Origin: an uncultured delta proteobacterium | Lineage (GTDB): Bacteria > Desulfobacterota > Binatia > UBA9968 | DNA: 64,000 bases | NCBI GenBank assembly: GCA_963760795.1 | Contig: CAVXEP010000025.1 | Location: 1-64,000 of the forward strand | Direction: 5' to 3' | Shown: in pieces, positions 28,984 through 39,217 of the stretch | Layout of the letters: each line of letters begins with the position of its first letter | Numbering within the stretch: position 1 is the first letter of the stretch | The notes under the pieces: generated by a model | Seen by the model: only the letters and a program-made list of their open reading frames with translations | Told to the model about the DNA's origin: nothing | Database searches by the model: none | Translations under genes and position numbers: made by a program

Positions 28984-29445
28984 TTACGCCGTGGTTTTTT
29001 CTCGGCGCGCCACAAGGCGATTCTGCATGCACTGAAAAAACTGTCCCATCAGCTGCTTGGCCACGCCCTCGAATAGACGCTGGCCGACCCCAGCCATCAC
29101 CCCGCCCACCTGACCGTCGCCGTAAACGTGCACCGCGGTTTGGTCGCCGGCTTCATCCTGCAACGTGAGAGCGCCCTCGCCGCGGACAAAGCCGGCTGCT
29201 CCGGAGCCTTCGACGATGAGTTTGTAACTGCGCGGCGGCACTTTTTCTTTCATCGAGATCTTGCCGCTAAAGATGCCCTTGATGGGTCCGATGCCGACTT
29301 CCATCGTCGCCGCGAATTCATCGGTCGCGATTTCGTTCAACTGCTTGCAGCCCGGCGTGCAATGTTGCAGCGACTGCGGGTCAGTTAACAAGTCCCAGAC
29401 CTCCTGTGACGAGGCGGGAAACATAAAGCGGCCTTCGATTTTCAT
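28984..29445 (-). CDS. CoxG/SRPBCC family protein
   Basis: VWDLLTDPQSLQHCTPGC, GIGPIKG, AGVGQRL. Confidence 0.85.
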   Translation of the reverse strand: MKIEGRFMFPASSQEVWDLLTDPQSLQHCTPGCKQLNEIATDEFAATMEVGIGPIKGIFSGKISMKEKVPPRSYKLIVEGSGAAGFVRGEGALTLQDEAGDQTAVHVYGDGQVGGVMAGVGQRLFEGVAKQLMGQFFQCMQNRLVARREKTTA

Positions 29446-29731
29446 TTTTCAAATCTCGTTGCGGGTAAAATGTCTTCTAGCGAAAAGTCTATATTCGTTA
29501 CCCTTCGCCCTGTCAAGGCAAGTGCTGACAGCGAAGTGAATTGCTGTTCGACACCACTCAAGCGTCAATAGCTTAAGCGCCGCACAGTTGTGCTCTCAGT
29601 CATTGCGGCATCTTTTCGAAGCCTATCTTGTCAGCGCTCGTGTGAGCCTTTACGAAATCGTAAAGCTCATTGTCGAACCTTTGAACGGGTGACAGAATTC
29701 TACTCGGAGCAATTTATTTTACGGGAGACAT

Positions 29732-29777
29732 TGGGAGCGGCCGACGGGGATCGAACCCGTGACGTCCAGCTTGGGAA
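29732..29777 (-). tRNA. 3' fragment of tRNA-Gly(CCC); putative island attachment site
   Basis: Minus strand ttcccaagctggacgtcacgggttcgatccccgtcggccgctccca = anticodon loop, T-arm (GTTCGAT) and acceptor 3' strand; 5' half absent. Confidence 0.8.
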
Positions 29778-30209
29778 TTTAGTATCGATTTAGTGCTTTC
29801 TTCGTATACCGCACGGACTTACCCAACAATTTTCGCTCTAACAAACTTCTTTCGAACTTTAGTGATATCAAGTGGTTTCACGCCCTCTGCTTTTGTCTTG
29901 GGAAGTTTTGAGAACGCGGATTGAGCAGAATTGAGCGGTCCGTCCGCCTCCCGCTAATCGAACCGCACCAACCCACGCCTCAAATTGGCCTTCACAAGCG
30001 TGGTGAATGCCACCAGGCTTCCGGTAATGGCAATATCCATTTTGTTAGCTCAATAGATACTCAAAACAATGCATTGGAATTCTCTTGCGCCAACTCGTAT
30101 CAAGTTTCAAAACATTAGACTGGGTTCTACCGAGAACAATTTACTCTTCAATCGCCTCGCTCCGAAACTGTCCCACTGCGATACCTAAAGGAACGTATTG
30201 CTTCTCTAT

Positions 30210-31637
30210 TCATCGATCCAGATGAGATAACGGATTTTCAAATTTGAAGCCGAAAAGCCGTGGGTTCTCACCGATCACCGCTGCGGAAAATATGTAATAG
30301 ACATAATCGTAAGTTTCTTGGGGAACCTTGTCACGGTAGCGCGCCAGCAGTTGCCAAAAATTTCGCTCTCTTGGATTGGTCGGCATCGTGCGAAGCAAAT
30401 TCACAACTCTTTCCTCGCCCCAATTGTATGAAGACATCACTAACAGCCCCGAAGCTTGAGCCTCGGTACTGTAGATGAATTTTAAATACCGCGCAGCCGC
30501 ATTTGTCGCTTTAGCAAAATTGTGACGATCGTCAGCCGGGTCGGGCCGGCCTAATTCGACCAGGGGACCGACTTGCAAGCCATACTTGACGGCGGTCTCG
30601 GGGATGAATTGCCACATACCCTTAGCGTGCCCTTTGTAGGTTTTGGGTCCAACAATAAACGTATCGAAATTACTTTCCTGCAAAGCCAAGTAAAAGTACT
30701 GCGGTGGCAAACCTTGACCGAGCATGGCGGCGGCAATTGCCGGCACGTAGTTGTTTTCACGAGCGGTCCGAATAGCTCTTTCCAATCGATCGGAAGACTG
30801 CCATTTACGGATGTAGGTTTTGACTTCATCGATAAATCCCGCCGGCATATTGATCTCACACTCACCAAAGACGCGGGCAAGACGGTATATCAGCCGGTCG
30901 GGTTCAGATAGCTTTGCATTGTAAACTCCAATCCCCCGTAAGAGGTGTTCATAGTTTTCCTCCATTTCTTTTCGTTGGCCGCGAAATTTATTCACGAGTT
31001 GCAGTCCCTGGTGGTTCTGTGACTCCGTCGCCATTCGTTGAATGTTAGCGACATCCAGCTCGATCGACTTCATAGCGTAAAAAATCGCCTCGGCTCGTTC
31101 TTTTTGCTTGGCATTTTCAGAATGCAAATAAATCGCGTATCCGCCACTAAGAATGAAAAGCAGGACGACCACCGCTAGGACCTTAAAGTATTTTCGTTTT
31201 TCCCTGGTTTGTACCGATGCAAAGGCGCGCCGGATCATCAGAGTACGTTCACCCGCACCCTCTTCGTTCGAACCGTCGAAATAGTGACGGACAAATTGGT
31301 TCAGAGAATCGTCTTCGGATTTGCTTGCGGCCTCTGCCGTGTCAGGAACAAATGACAGCAACGTCGCACCTTTACCGAATCGGACCGTGGTTGAAGTAGT
31401 GAGCGGCGATCGGTCGATTTTTTTCCCGTCGACAAAAGTGCCATTGGTGCTATTGGCATCATTAATCCACCAACAGCCCTTCTCATGGTAAACCTCCGCG
31501 TGGCAGCGGCTAATCGAAGCGTCGGCGACAATTTGCACTTCACAATCGGAATCCCGACCGATCCGGAATTTTTCCGAAAACGAGCACTCCTTGTTGTTCG
31601 CTTGTCCCTGTTCCACCCGCACAACAATCAATGGCAT
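30210..31637 (-). CDS. FHA domain + TM helix + MltD-type lytic transglycosylase
   Basis: FHA IGR..ISRCHA..DANSTNGTFVDG; TM VLAVVVLLFILSGGYAIY; SLT LALQESNF, AKGMWQFIPETA, AARYL, SYNWGE. Confidence 0.85.
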   Translation of the reverse strand: MPLIVVRVEQGQANNKECSFSEKFRIGRDSDCEVQIVADASISRCHAEVYHEKGCWWINDANSTNGTFVDGKKIDRSPLTTSTTVRFGKGATLLSFVPDTAEAASKSEDDSLNQFVRHYFDGSNEEGAGERTLMIRRAFASVQTREKRKYFKVLAVVVLLFILSGGYAIYLHSENAKQKERAEAIFYAMKSIELDVANIQRMATESQNHQGLQLVNKFRGQRKEMEENYEHLLRGIGVYNAKLSEPDRLIYRLARVFGECEINMPAGFIDEVKTYIRKWQSSDRLERAIRTARENNYVPAIAAAMLGQGLPPQYFYLALQESNFDTFIVGPKTYKGHAKGMWQFIPETAVKYGLQVGPLVELGRPDPADDRHNFAKATNAAARYLKFIYSTEAQASGLLVMSSYNWGEERVVNLLRTMPTNPRERNFWQLLARYRDKVPQETYDYVYYIFSAAVIGENPRLFGFKFENPLSHLDR

Positions 31638-31993
31638 TTTGGCTGGCCCTGCCTACGTAGTTCGTTGCTCTCGCCGTCGTACAGCGGATTCATCTAGAAG
31701 CGTCGAGCGCACCGTTGAAAACTCAACAAAAACCCGGCGTAGCACCGACACCCATGGGCCATCGCCGGTTCGAGCGAAGGTTAAGGCGATTCCTAATCGA
31801 CGGACCTTACGGGAGGCGCTTACCAAGCTAAAAATAACAATCAATAGAAGTGACGCTATCTCCTATGCGTAGCGGCGCCCAATGAATAACAGGTGCGACC
31901 AGGCGTGAATGCTCCACTGAACACATCGGGACCAAAATTCTCGTAAATCAGGACAGGAATGAATTACAGAATCAGCAACCGGCACCGGCCGCA

Positions 31994-33523
31994 TTACTGA
32001 GTCCAGAGACTCTTTATCCGAAATGCGGGAAGACGTTCCTCAAACTTGGCGTCGACAGTAACTGGTTCCGCTTCACGAATAATTCGCCAGACGCGCTCAT
32101 AGAGCTCTGGACTGATCAAGACTGCTCCGGCCTTAGCTCCCGCACAGAACCTTGCCGCACGAATCACCGCGTCTCCAACAACTGTGAATCCCATAAAGTC
32201 CGAGACTCCGAGAAATCCGTTAACAACCTCCCCACAGTGAACGCCGATACCAAAACTGCAGCCACTTCTGCCGCTGTTGGTACGCGCCACGCTCAATTCA
32301 TCGATCCTCTTTTGCATATCCAAGGCCGCGAAAACGGCCTTTTCATAATGCATCGGATCGGGCTCCGGGCTGCCGAATACAGCCAATACAGTATCTCCAA
32401 CATACTGAATAACTGTACCGTCATGGGAAAATACCACCTGCGTTAAAGCGGCGAAATAGGAGTTGAGCAGCTCGACGACATCTTCGGGCTCCATAGATTT
32501 GCTCAGCTTGCTGAAACCGCGAATATCCGCGAAAAGGATCGTTACGTCCCCTCGTTCACCACCGGATGGAAACTGACCCCGATTCTTTAGCAATCTTTCC
32601 GCGATTTTCGGGGGGAATTGACGAAGTAGATTTGCTTTAGCCGTAGACTCCCGGCGCAATTCCTCTTGCAGCGTGTGATTCGCGACAGCCAACGCGGCAT
32701 GCTGAGCGATGGCCACGACTAATTTCAGATCGTCCTTGCCGAAAACATTCCCGCTCAGGTAATTGTCTACGCATATCACCCCAAGCGCGTGCCCTCGCCA
32801 CAAGAGTGGCGCATAGATAGCACAATCTACCGACACCAACGCCTGAGTCGAGTTCGGATCGCTATGACTGGGCTGCCAGAGGAAGGCAACTTGATCTGTC
32901 AACGCACGTTGCGCCAAGGTCATACTGACGGCCGGTTTGCCTGGAGGCACATGAGCCTTCAGCCGTAATGAGTCTGACAGCGGATCCTTTAGAACGATCG
33001 CGGCACGGGAACCTCCATGAATGGCTTCCACGAGCCTCCGAACGACCATTGTCAAAAGTGCATCAACGTGAACTTCGCTACCAAAGCTGAGAGGCAAATC
33101 ATATAAGATGGCTAGGTGGTGCTCGTGACTAAGCCGGCTGTTTTCCCCAAACGCGTATACAGGGCGTGTCGCGTTGAGGGTCAAGGTAATATTGGAGCTA
33201 TCATTCTCTGTCGACAATTCGGACTCTGCCGACAGTTGTATAATGGTGTCACCGATCGTGATCCGGTCAGCGGCTTCCACGACTTTCTGTGAGCCTGGCG
33301 CGAGCGCGACGCCATTTAGTAATGTCCCATTTCTACTGCCAAGATCTTCGATCCAACAACGCCCGTCATTTCTCCAAATCCGTGCGTGACGGTGCGATAC
33401 CAATCGGTCAAATCGCAAATCGAGATCGACGTCAACGCCTCCCTCGTGGCGTCCGACAATGATGTCGTCACCAACGTCCATCTCTTCACTCAATATGCCT
33501 TTGTATGAAAATCCGACGCGCAT
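31994..33523 (-). CDS. FHA + GAF + class III nucleotide cyclase
   Basis: FHA VGR..VSHRHA..DLGSRNGT; GAF IYAPLLWRGHALGVICVD..FGKDDLKL; cyclase ILFADIRGFS, YVGD, FGIGVHCG, VVGDAV. Confidence 0.85.
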   Translation of the reverse strand: MRVGFSYKGILSEEMDVGDDIIVGRHEGGVDVDLDLRFDRLVSHRHARIWRNDGRCWIEDLGSRNGTLLNGVALAPGSQKVVEAADRITIGDTIIQLSAESELSTENDSSNITLTLNATRPVYAFGENSRLSHEHHLAILYDLPLSFGSEVHVDALLTMVVRRLVEAIHGGSRAAIVLKDPLSDSLRLKAHVPPGKPAVSMTLAQRALTDQVAFLWQPSHSDPNSTQALVSVDCAIYAPLLWRGHALGVICVDNYLSGNVFGKDDLKLVVAIAQHAALAVANHTLQEELRRESTAKANLLRQFPPKIAERLLKNRGQFPSGGERGDVTILFADIRGFSKLSKSMEPEDVVELLNSYFAALTQVVFSHDGTVIQYVGDTVLAVFGSPEPDPMHYEKAVFAALDMQKRIDELSVARTNSGRSGCSFGIGVHCGEVVNGFLGVSDFMGFTVVGDAVIRAARFCAGAKAGAVLISPELYERVWRIIREAEPVTVDAKFEERLPAFRIKSLWTQ

Positions 33524-34235
33524 GGCAGAATCTTAGGACACCACGAAAACCCCTCGAACGCTAATATCGATCCACGTTTCCCTTGCAGAGCATTGCCGAG
33601 ATCAATGAAAACGTGATTCCAATTAGCCTAAGACGAAAGAATTGTCTATCGCAGCCATAGCTATCCCAAGGACCGTTGGAGACCTAGTTCCAATATGGTT
33701 TGTATACAACGGTCTAGTAGCGATACCCTCCGTTCCAAAGCGGCGGGAGGGGCAAGTCTTCTTCCGGCAACGTCCCCCGCCATCCATGGCAATTTTACTC
33801 TCAGTTATCCTGTGGTCCGAATTACTGGGAAGCGAGGCTCACTCTTACCTCCTTAGAATCTCTCACTTTCTATTCCGTTTTGTCTCATAAGTAAAAACAC
33901 TGGTCAAAAGCTCTCGCATGGCCTTGGTCGTAGATTGACTGCCATCGACTGGAGAGAAAAATGAAGAAAGCGAGGGGGGATGTGATCAGCTCACCCCTCA
34001 GGTAGGGTGGTGTGGCACAAAGAAGTCAATCGGAGGGAAAGCAACCACACAGGTTTGAAACCGGTATCAAGCAGCAAATCATTCAGAAAGTGGCATTCGA
34101 CCCGTTATCGGTCTGCATCGCCAGTCGCAACACCCTGATCTCGGACCGCTTGTTGATTGTTGGTGTATCCCGTTCCAAGAGCTTCGGGCGTACTTTTCCT
34201 TGCCCATAAGTCAGAGCTTGTGGCCTATAGACGGT

Positions 34236-34868
34236 CTACGGTGGAGCTGACAATCGCTTATCGTTGTCGACACAGTCCTTTATATGAGCTGCCCACCTCT
34301 TCTGCTGATCGGCATTACGACCGTGATTCGTTTCGTCATCATATTTTTTCGTTAGCTCACTGGCCAGCTGCTGATAGCGCTCGGTAATTCTCGTGACCGC
34401 ACGTTGCAATTCATCGGTCGTTGGCGCTCGCAGAGCTAACATTTCCCGTACCATATCCCGTCCGGACAGACCCGTAATATCAAAATGGACCTGTTCATGG
34501 GCCAGTAAAGCATCACTTTTTGTCCCCGTCACCACCCAAGTATCGTCAGGGACGACGTCAAGCTTAGCCGGATAATTGGGTAACCTGAATTGACCGTTCT
34601 CCCTGGTTACACTCAGTCTGCTGGGCGACGAAACCTCAGAATGAATTTGGGCATCTTCTAAAACACCATCAGGCCGTTTCGAGATTTCGCGAAATTCACT
34701 CCACGCGATTGCCCGCGGCCATCCGGAAATGACACCGCCCCCCGGAGCGCTCTGGCTCGTATTGGTGCCGGTTGGACGCGGCGGCGCTGATCCGCCGCGA
34801 GTCTGGTTACCCCCGCGAGCCTCCACAGCATCGCTACATGTCGGTCCTGGAACTCTACAGCCGCCCAT
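34236..34868 (-). CDS. DUF922-like predicted Zn metalloprotease
   Basis: IAWSEF, LLAHEQVHFDI (HExxH), YDDETNHG...QKRW. Confidence 0.65.
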   Translation of the reverse strand: MGGCRVPGPTCSDAVEARGGNQTRGGSAPPRPTGTNTSQSAPGGGVISGWPRAIAWSEFREISKRPDGVLEDAQIHSEVSSPSRLSVTRENGQFRLPNYPAKLDVVPDDTWVVTGTKSDALLAHEQVHFDITGLSGRDMVREMLALRAPTTDELQRAVTRITERYQQLASELTKKYDDETNHGRNADQQKRWAAHIKDCVDNDKRLSAPP

Positions 34869-35073
34869 AATAACTAATCGTTTTCAGCGTTCGTTGGCCG
34901 GTATGAATTCGCCGTAAAAGCGCGTGACGTGGTCGGTACAGAATACTCTTTAATTCACATAAACGAGATCGTTGGAAGGAAGCGGTCAATACCCTGATCC
35001 CTGTTCTTGTACGCTGGCTTTGAAGCGATCATCACAGATGTCTCGCCGGGATCGCACCCGATTAAGAATAAAT

Positions 35074-35847
35074 CTATTCGCGGAGTTTTTCCTCGATCTG
35101 CAATTTGAGGCGATCTTCCATTTTTGCGACCTCGTCAAAATCAATAAGTTCGACAAACGCCGGGACTCCCGACAACCGAGTCGCCCCCAGAAGAATTTCA
35201 TCCCGGGGCCGAAAAGACGGTAAAACTGAAGTGATCGTGACCAGGGGAAGGTCGCCTAATCCTGCACATGTATCTATCTTAATGTCGTAACGCAGATCGT
35301 TTAGTAACCGGGTGATCCCGGGAAATTTCGCGATGACATACTGCATGACCAGCGCATTGACCAAGAATTGCCGCACCTCCTCTGGCCGGCGCTCAACCTT
35401 TCCCGCTATCGCTTGTCGGAGTTGGGAAAGCGTATACCCCGAAGTGTAGCTGAGAGCCCAGCGCAAGGGTGACGTCATTGTCATCGTCTTGGATTCTTTT
35501 TCATTTTTCGCTTCGTGAGTATATTCCCAGGGGTAAAGCTCAAAGCGGCTTTCCATCATCGCCACTACCGCTTCATCCAGCTCTGGAACCAGCGCAAACG
35601 GCTTACCGCAAATCTCTTTGTACTTATCTCGTACCCGTCTAAAAGCAGCGTCCGCACCGATTACGTCTTCCTTCACTGAGGAACGGACATAGTCACCTAG
35701 CAGCCGGCGTGGTGCCAATAGCGGTCGGAGCGTTTCTAGATGGCCCCGCAGCTGGCTTAGCAATAGGCCAGAAACCGTCTCGGTTTTTGCCCGTAGCTCT
35801 GCTAACTGTTCAATTCTTAACGTATCTCGAAAATTGCCATCCGCCAT
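35074..35847 (-). CDS. Hypothetical protein (257 aa)
   Basis: Long ORF with globular composition; no recognised motif. Confidence 0.65.
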   Translation of the reverse strand: MADGNFRDTLRIEQLAELRAKTETVSGLLLSQLRGHLETLRPLLAPRRLLGDYVRSSVKEDVIGADAAFRRVRDKYKEICGKPFALVPELDEAVVAMMESRFELYPWEYTHEAKNEKESKTMTMTSPLRWALSYTSGYTLSQLRQAIAGKVERRPEEVRQFLVNALVMQYVIAKFPGITRLLNDLRYDIKIDTCAGLGDLPLVTITSVLPSFRPRDEILLGATRLSGVPAFVELIDFDEVAKMEDRLKLQIEEKLRE

Positions 35848-36207
35848 AGCAGGTTGGCTTCTACCACAATTGCTAGTCCAAGGGAAGCGCTACCAGAGGG
35901 GCACCAGCCGCGAAAGATTGACCCCCAAAAAGCCCCAGTGAGGGAATCACTACGGTGCGTGACCAGGACAACCGGGTCATATGGAGACCCTACACACAGT
36001 CCAGTTGACATTAAAGATTCTGATCGGATACGCTCCCAGCAATCGGCCCCCCCAAAAGGTCTAGATTAATCTTTTGGCCAGTATCTGTTGTGAATCGCGC
36101 AATGGTTGGCTCCGCATCAAACAAGAAGGTGAGCGAGAAATGCATCTAACTTCGCAGACCCCAAGAGTCTAGCACGTTACTCGTTCCGGCCCATAGGAAG
36201 TCTCACG

Positions 36208-37738
36208 ATGGCCACACGATCTTTTGCTGGCAACGTCAAGGTCAATTTAGTTTCTGAGTCCGAAGACGATCGTCCCTTGGCGGACCCGGAAGCTCCATTC
36301 CACGTCGCGTTATTGGGCGATTTCAGTGGTCGGGGCAATCGTGGCATTGTTGAAACAAGCAGCGCCCTGACCAGCAGGCACGTTTATCCGATAGACCGGG
36401 ATAATATTTTAGAGGTTATTAGCGCAGCTCAAAGTTGAGGTACGTATACCCATCCTAGGAAAAAATTCGCCGCCGATCAGTTGCCGCATTTCGGACGTAG
36501 ATGATTTTCACCCCGACCGTCTCTTCGAAAATCTCGATGTCTTTCAAGCCTTGAAAGAAACGCGCGAAAGCTTCAATGATCCTGCGACATTCGCGACGAT
36601 CGCAAAACAAACGGTCGCATCCACCAGTACCCCGAGACCCGCCGAGCCCGCTAAGGAGACCAAGACCACCAGCAATCTTCTCGACCAGATTCTCGACGCA
36701 ACAGCAAATCAGTCGCCGACAGCGAAAACCCGGCCACCGTCCGATTTAGACGACTTCGTCAAAGAAATCGTCACTCCCCACCTGGTCGCGAAACCTGATC
36801 CCATGCAGACCGACTTCGTCGCCAAAGTGGATACCGCCATCGGTGAAATCATGCGCCGGATCTTGCATCATCCTGATTTTCAAGCCATTGAGGCTGCTTG
36901 GCGCGGAGTATATTTCCTCGTATCGCAACTGGAGACCAACGAAAATCTCAAATTATTCTTGATCGACATATCCAAAGCGGAGTTGGCAGCCGACCTGCTC
37001 ACGGCGGATGAAATTACCTCCACTGGAGCCTACAAGCTACTGGTAAAACAACCGGCGGAGACGAGCGGTGGTGAGATTTGGGCGGTTTTGGCTGGAAACT
37101 TTATTTTTGACCAGACCCGTGTCGATACAGCACTGCTCAACCGTTTGGCCAAGCTGGCGCGCGCAGCGGGCGCACCATTCATCGCGGCGGCACATTCGCA
37201 CATACTCGGCTGCGATTCTTTAGCTGAGACGCCCGACCCAGACGACTGGAGACTGACAACGGATAACGAGACCCAAGAGGCGTGGGCCGCTCTTAGAAAA
37301 CTTCCTGAAGCCTCATCTCTCGGTCTCGCCCTGCCCAGATTTCTGCTCCGTCTGCCTTACGGTGAACAAACCGATCCGGTCGAGCGGTTCGATTTCGAGG
37401 AAATGGAAGCCACGCCAAGGCACGAAGAATACCTATGGGGCAACCCCTCGTTCGCATGTGTTTACTTGCTCGCCCAGACCTTCAGTCAATATGGTTGGGA
37501 TTTTCACTCCGGCATTGTCCACGAGATTAGCGGCTTGCCGCTCCACGTCTACAAAGTGCAGGGCGAATCACGGATCAAGCCTTGCGCGGAAGTAGTCCTA
37601 ACCCAGCGTGCCGCCGAAGCGATACTGGATCAGGCCGTTATGCCGTTCCTGTCGTTTATTCACCAGGACCTTTTGCGATTGGCGCGCTTTCAATCATTTG
37701 CCGATCCTCCGACGACTCTAAGTGGACGATGGAGATAG
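36208..37738 (+). CDS. T6SS sheath-related TssB-TssC fusion protein, frameshift near 36420
   Basis: TssB motifs PFHVALLGDFSG, IDRDN, DDFHPD; TssC motifs ILHHPDFQAIEAAWRG, GAPFIAAA, LPRFLLRLPYG, YLWGNP. Confidence 0.8.
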
Positions 37739-37904
37739 AATCAGAAGAAACGGCTTTGTTTATTAGAAAATGATAATCAAAACGAAACCGAACAACAGGC
37801 ATTGGTCAATTGGGGTTTGAGACGTGAAAAAAATCATTGAGAACTATTCTGTCAGCCTGACACGATTCGGCCGCAATGGTTTTCTTTTCCGATCAATCTA
37901 TGGG

Positions 37905-38663
37905 ATGCAGTGGGATTTTGTTAAAATCGTATCCGTTGTGGCTCTATGCGGTTCGTTTGCATTTGCTCAGGATCGGCCGGCGCTAACTCTCAATCAGATC
38001 AGCGAATTACTGAAAAACGGTGTCAGTTCGACCCGTATCGCTCGGTTGGTTGAACAATATGGAGTTGGTTTTGGATTAGACGAGGCTGCATTAAGGCGAC
38101 TTAGGGCGGATGGGGCAGATGAAGTTCTTTTGTCCACGGTGAAAAGAATGGCTGTTCGATATACTGAGGAACAGCAGCGCAGAAAGCGATTGGACTCGGA
38201 AAGGAAAAAGCAAGAAGAGGCAAGACAAGCTGTAGAAGTTAAGAAAAGGGCACAGGAACAGACGCAGCTGGGAGAAGTAACAAAGCAAAGACCGCAGAAA
38301 GGCACCGCCGCGACTTTGATGACCCAGGAAGATGTCGGTCGAGTCGCGAGCCTGCGCAACGTGATGAGTACGGAAGGGGGCGAAGTATCCGGAGACGTGG
38401 TTAACAATTCGAAACAGACGCTGCGCGACGTTCAACTGCAAATCCTTTATTCCTGGCGCTGGAACAATGAGTATCAGCCGGGCAAGGACGACCCGGGAAG
38501 GGCCTCTTATTATGTCCTTGACAGGGAAATTCTGCCTGGCCAGACTGTCCGTTTCAACTATAAACCGTCCCCGCCTTTTGCTCCTCGCGCAGATGGTCAA
38601 TTCGATATCAGCGTAAAGGTTGTAGGGTTTGCACAGGTATTTCAGCCAGGCGCTCAAAGATAG
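37905..38663 (+). CDS. Secreted hypothetical protein (helical domain, coiled coil, FxLYD-like Ig domain)
   Basis: Signal peptide ..SFAFA; charged coiled coil; VSGDVVNNS...ILPGQTVRF. Confidence 0.6.
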   Translation: MQWDFVKIVSVVALCGSFAFAQDRPALTLNQISELLKNGVSSTRIARLVEQYGVGFGLDEAALRRLRADGADEVLLSTVKRMAVRYTEEQQRRKRLDSERKKQEEARQAVEVKKRAQEQTQLGEVTKQRPQKGTAATLMTQEDVGRVASLRNVMSTEGGEVSGDVVNNSKQTLRDVQLQILYSWRWNNEYQPGKDDPGRASYYVLDREILPGQTVRFNYKPSPPFAPRADGQFDISVKVVGFAQVFQPGAQR

Positions 38664-39217
38664 CGTCTCGACGCACCTTTATCGATTCAGGTGACATTAG
38701 TTGATCCGGGCAGATAGTCCCCTCCCAGCTCTCTCGGATTGCCTGCATCGTTGGTTTGATCGTTGTTCTTATTTGGTTGTGATCTATCGCGGCTTTTTGA
38801 AGGTCTTCATGTACGCGCCTTTCAAATAGCGCAATGTTCGGTTAAGTGCCCCCTCTGGGAGTTTTCATCAAACGATGATTGTGATAGCCCACCAAGACGT
38901 AGCTGTGAACGCGAAGAAGAAACACGTCCAAAGCCCGCCCGAGCAACACCAAAACCTACTCCCGGTCCGGATCGTCTTTAAAGATCGCATTCCGCCCGAC
39001 GCGCGTTGCCGCGTGAAGTAACGCGAAATCGCGCTCCGGGCACTCGATTCGTAAGGGAGGTGCCATAAAGCGTGGTATGTGGGAAAAGATAAAAGAGGAA
39101 TTAATAAACCCTTTTGTTTAGGCTCTAATCTTGTGCGCAGAAAACAATGCTTTAGTTGGGGGCGGATTTCGTCGATATTATCTCACCCAGGCGGAGCCGA
39201 ACCTGCTGTCGAACCTC

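Noticed and set aside
15669-29445. Aerobic carbon monoxide dehydrogenase (cox) operon
   Set aside because: No large subunit has AYxCSFR or AYRGAGR, and no coxDEF is present
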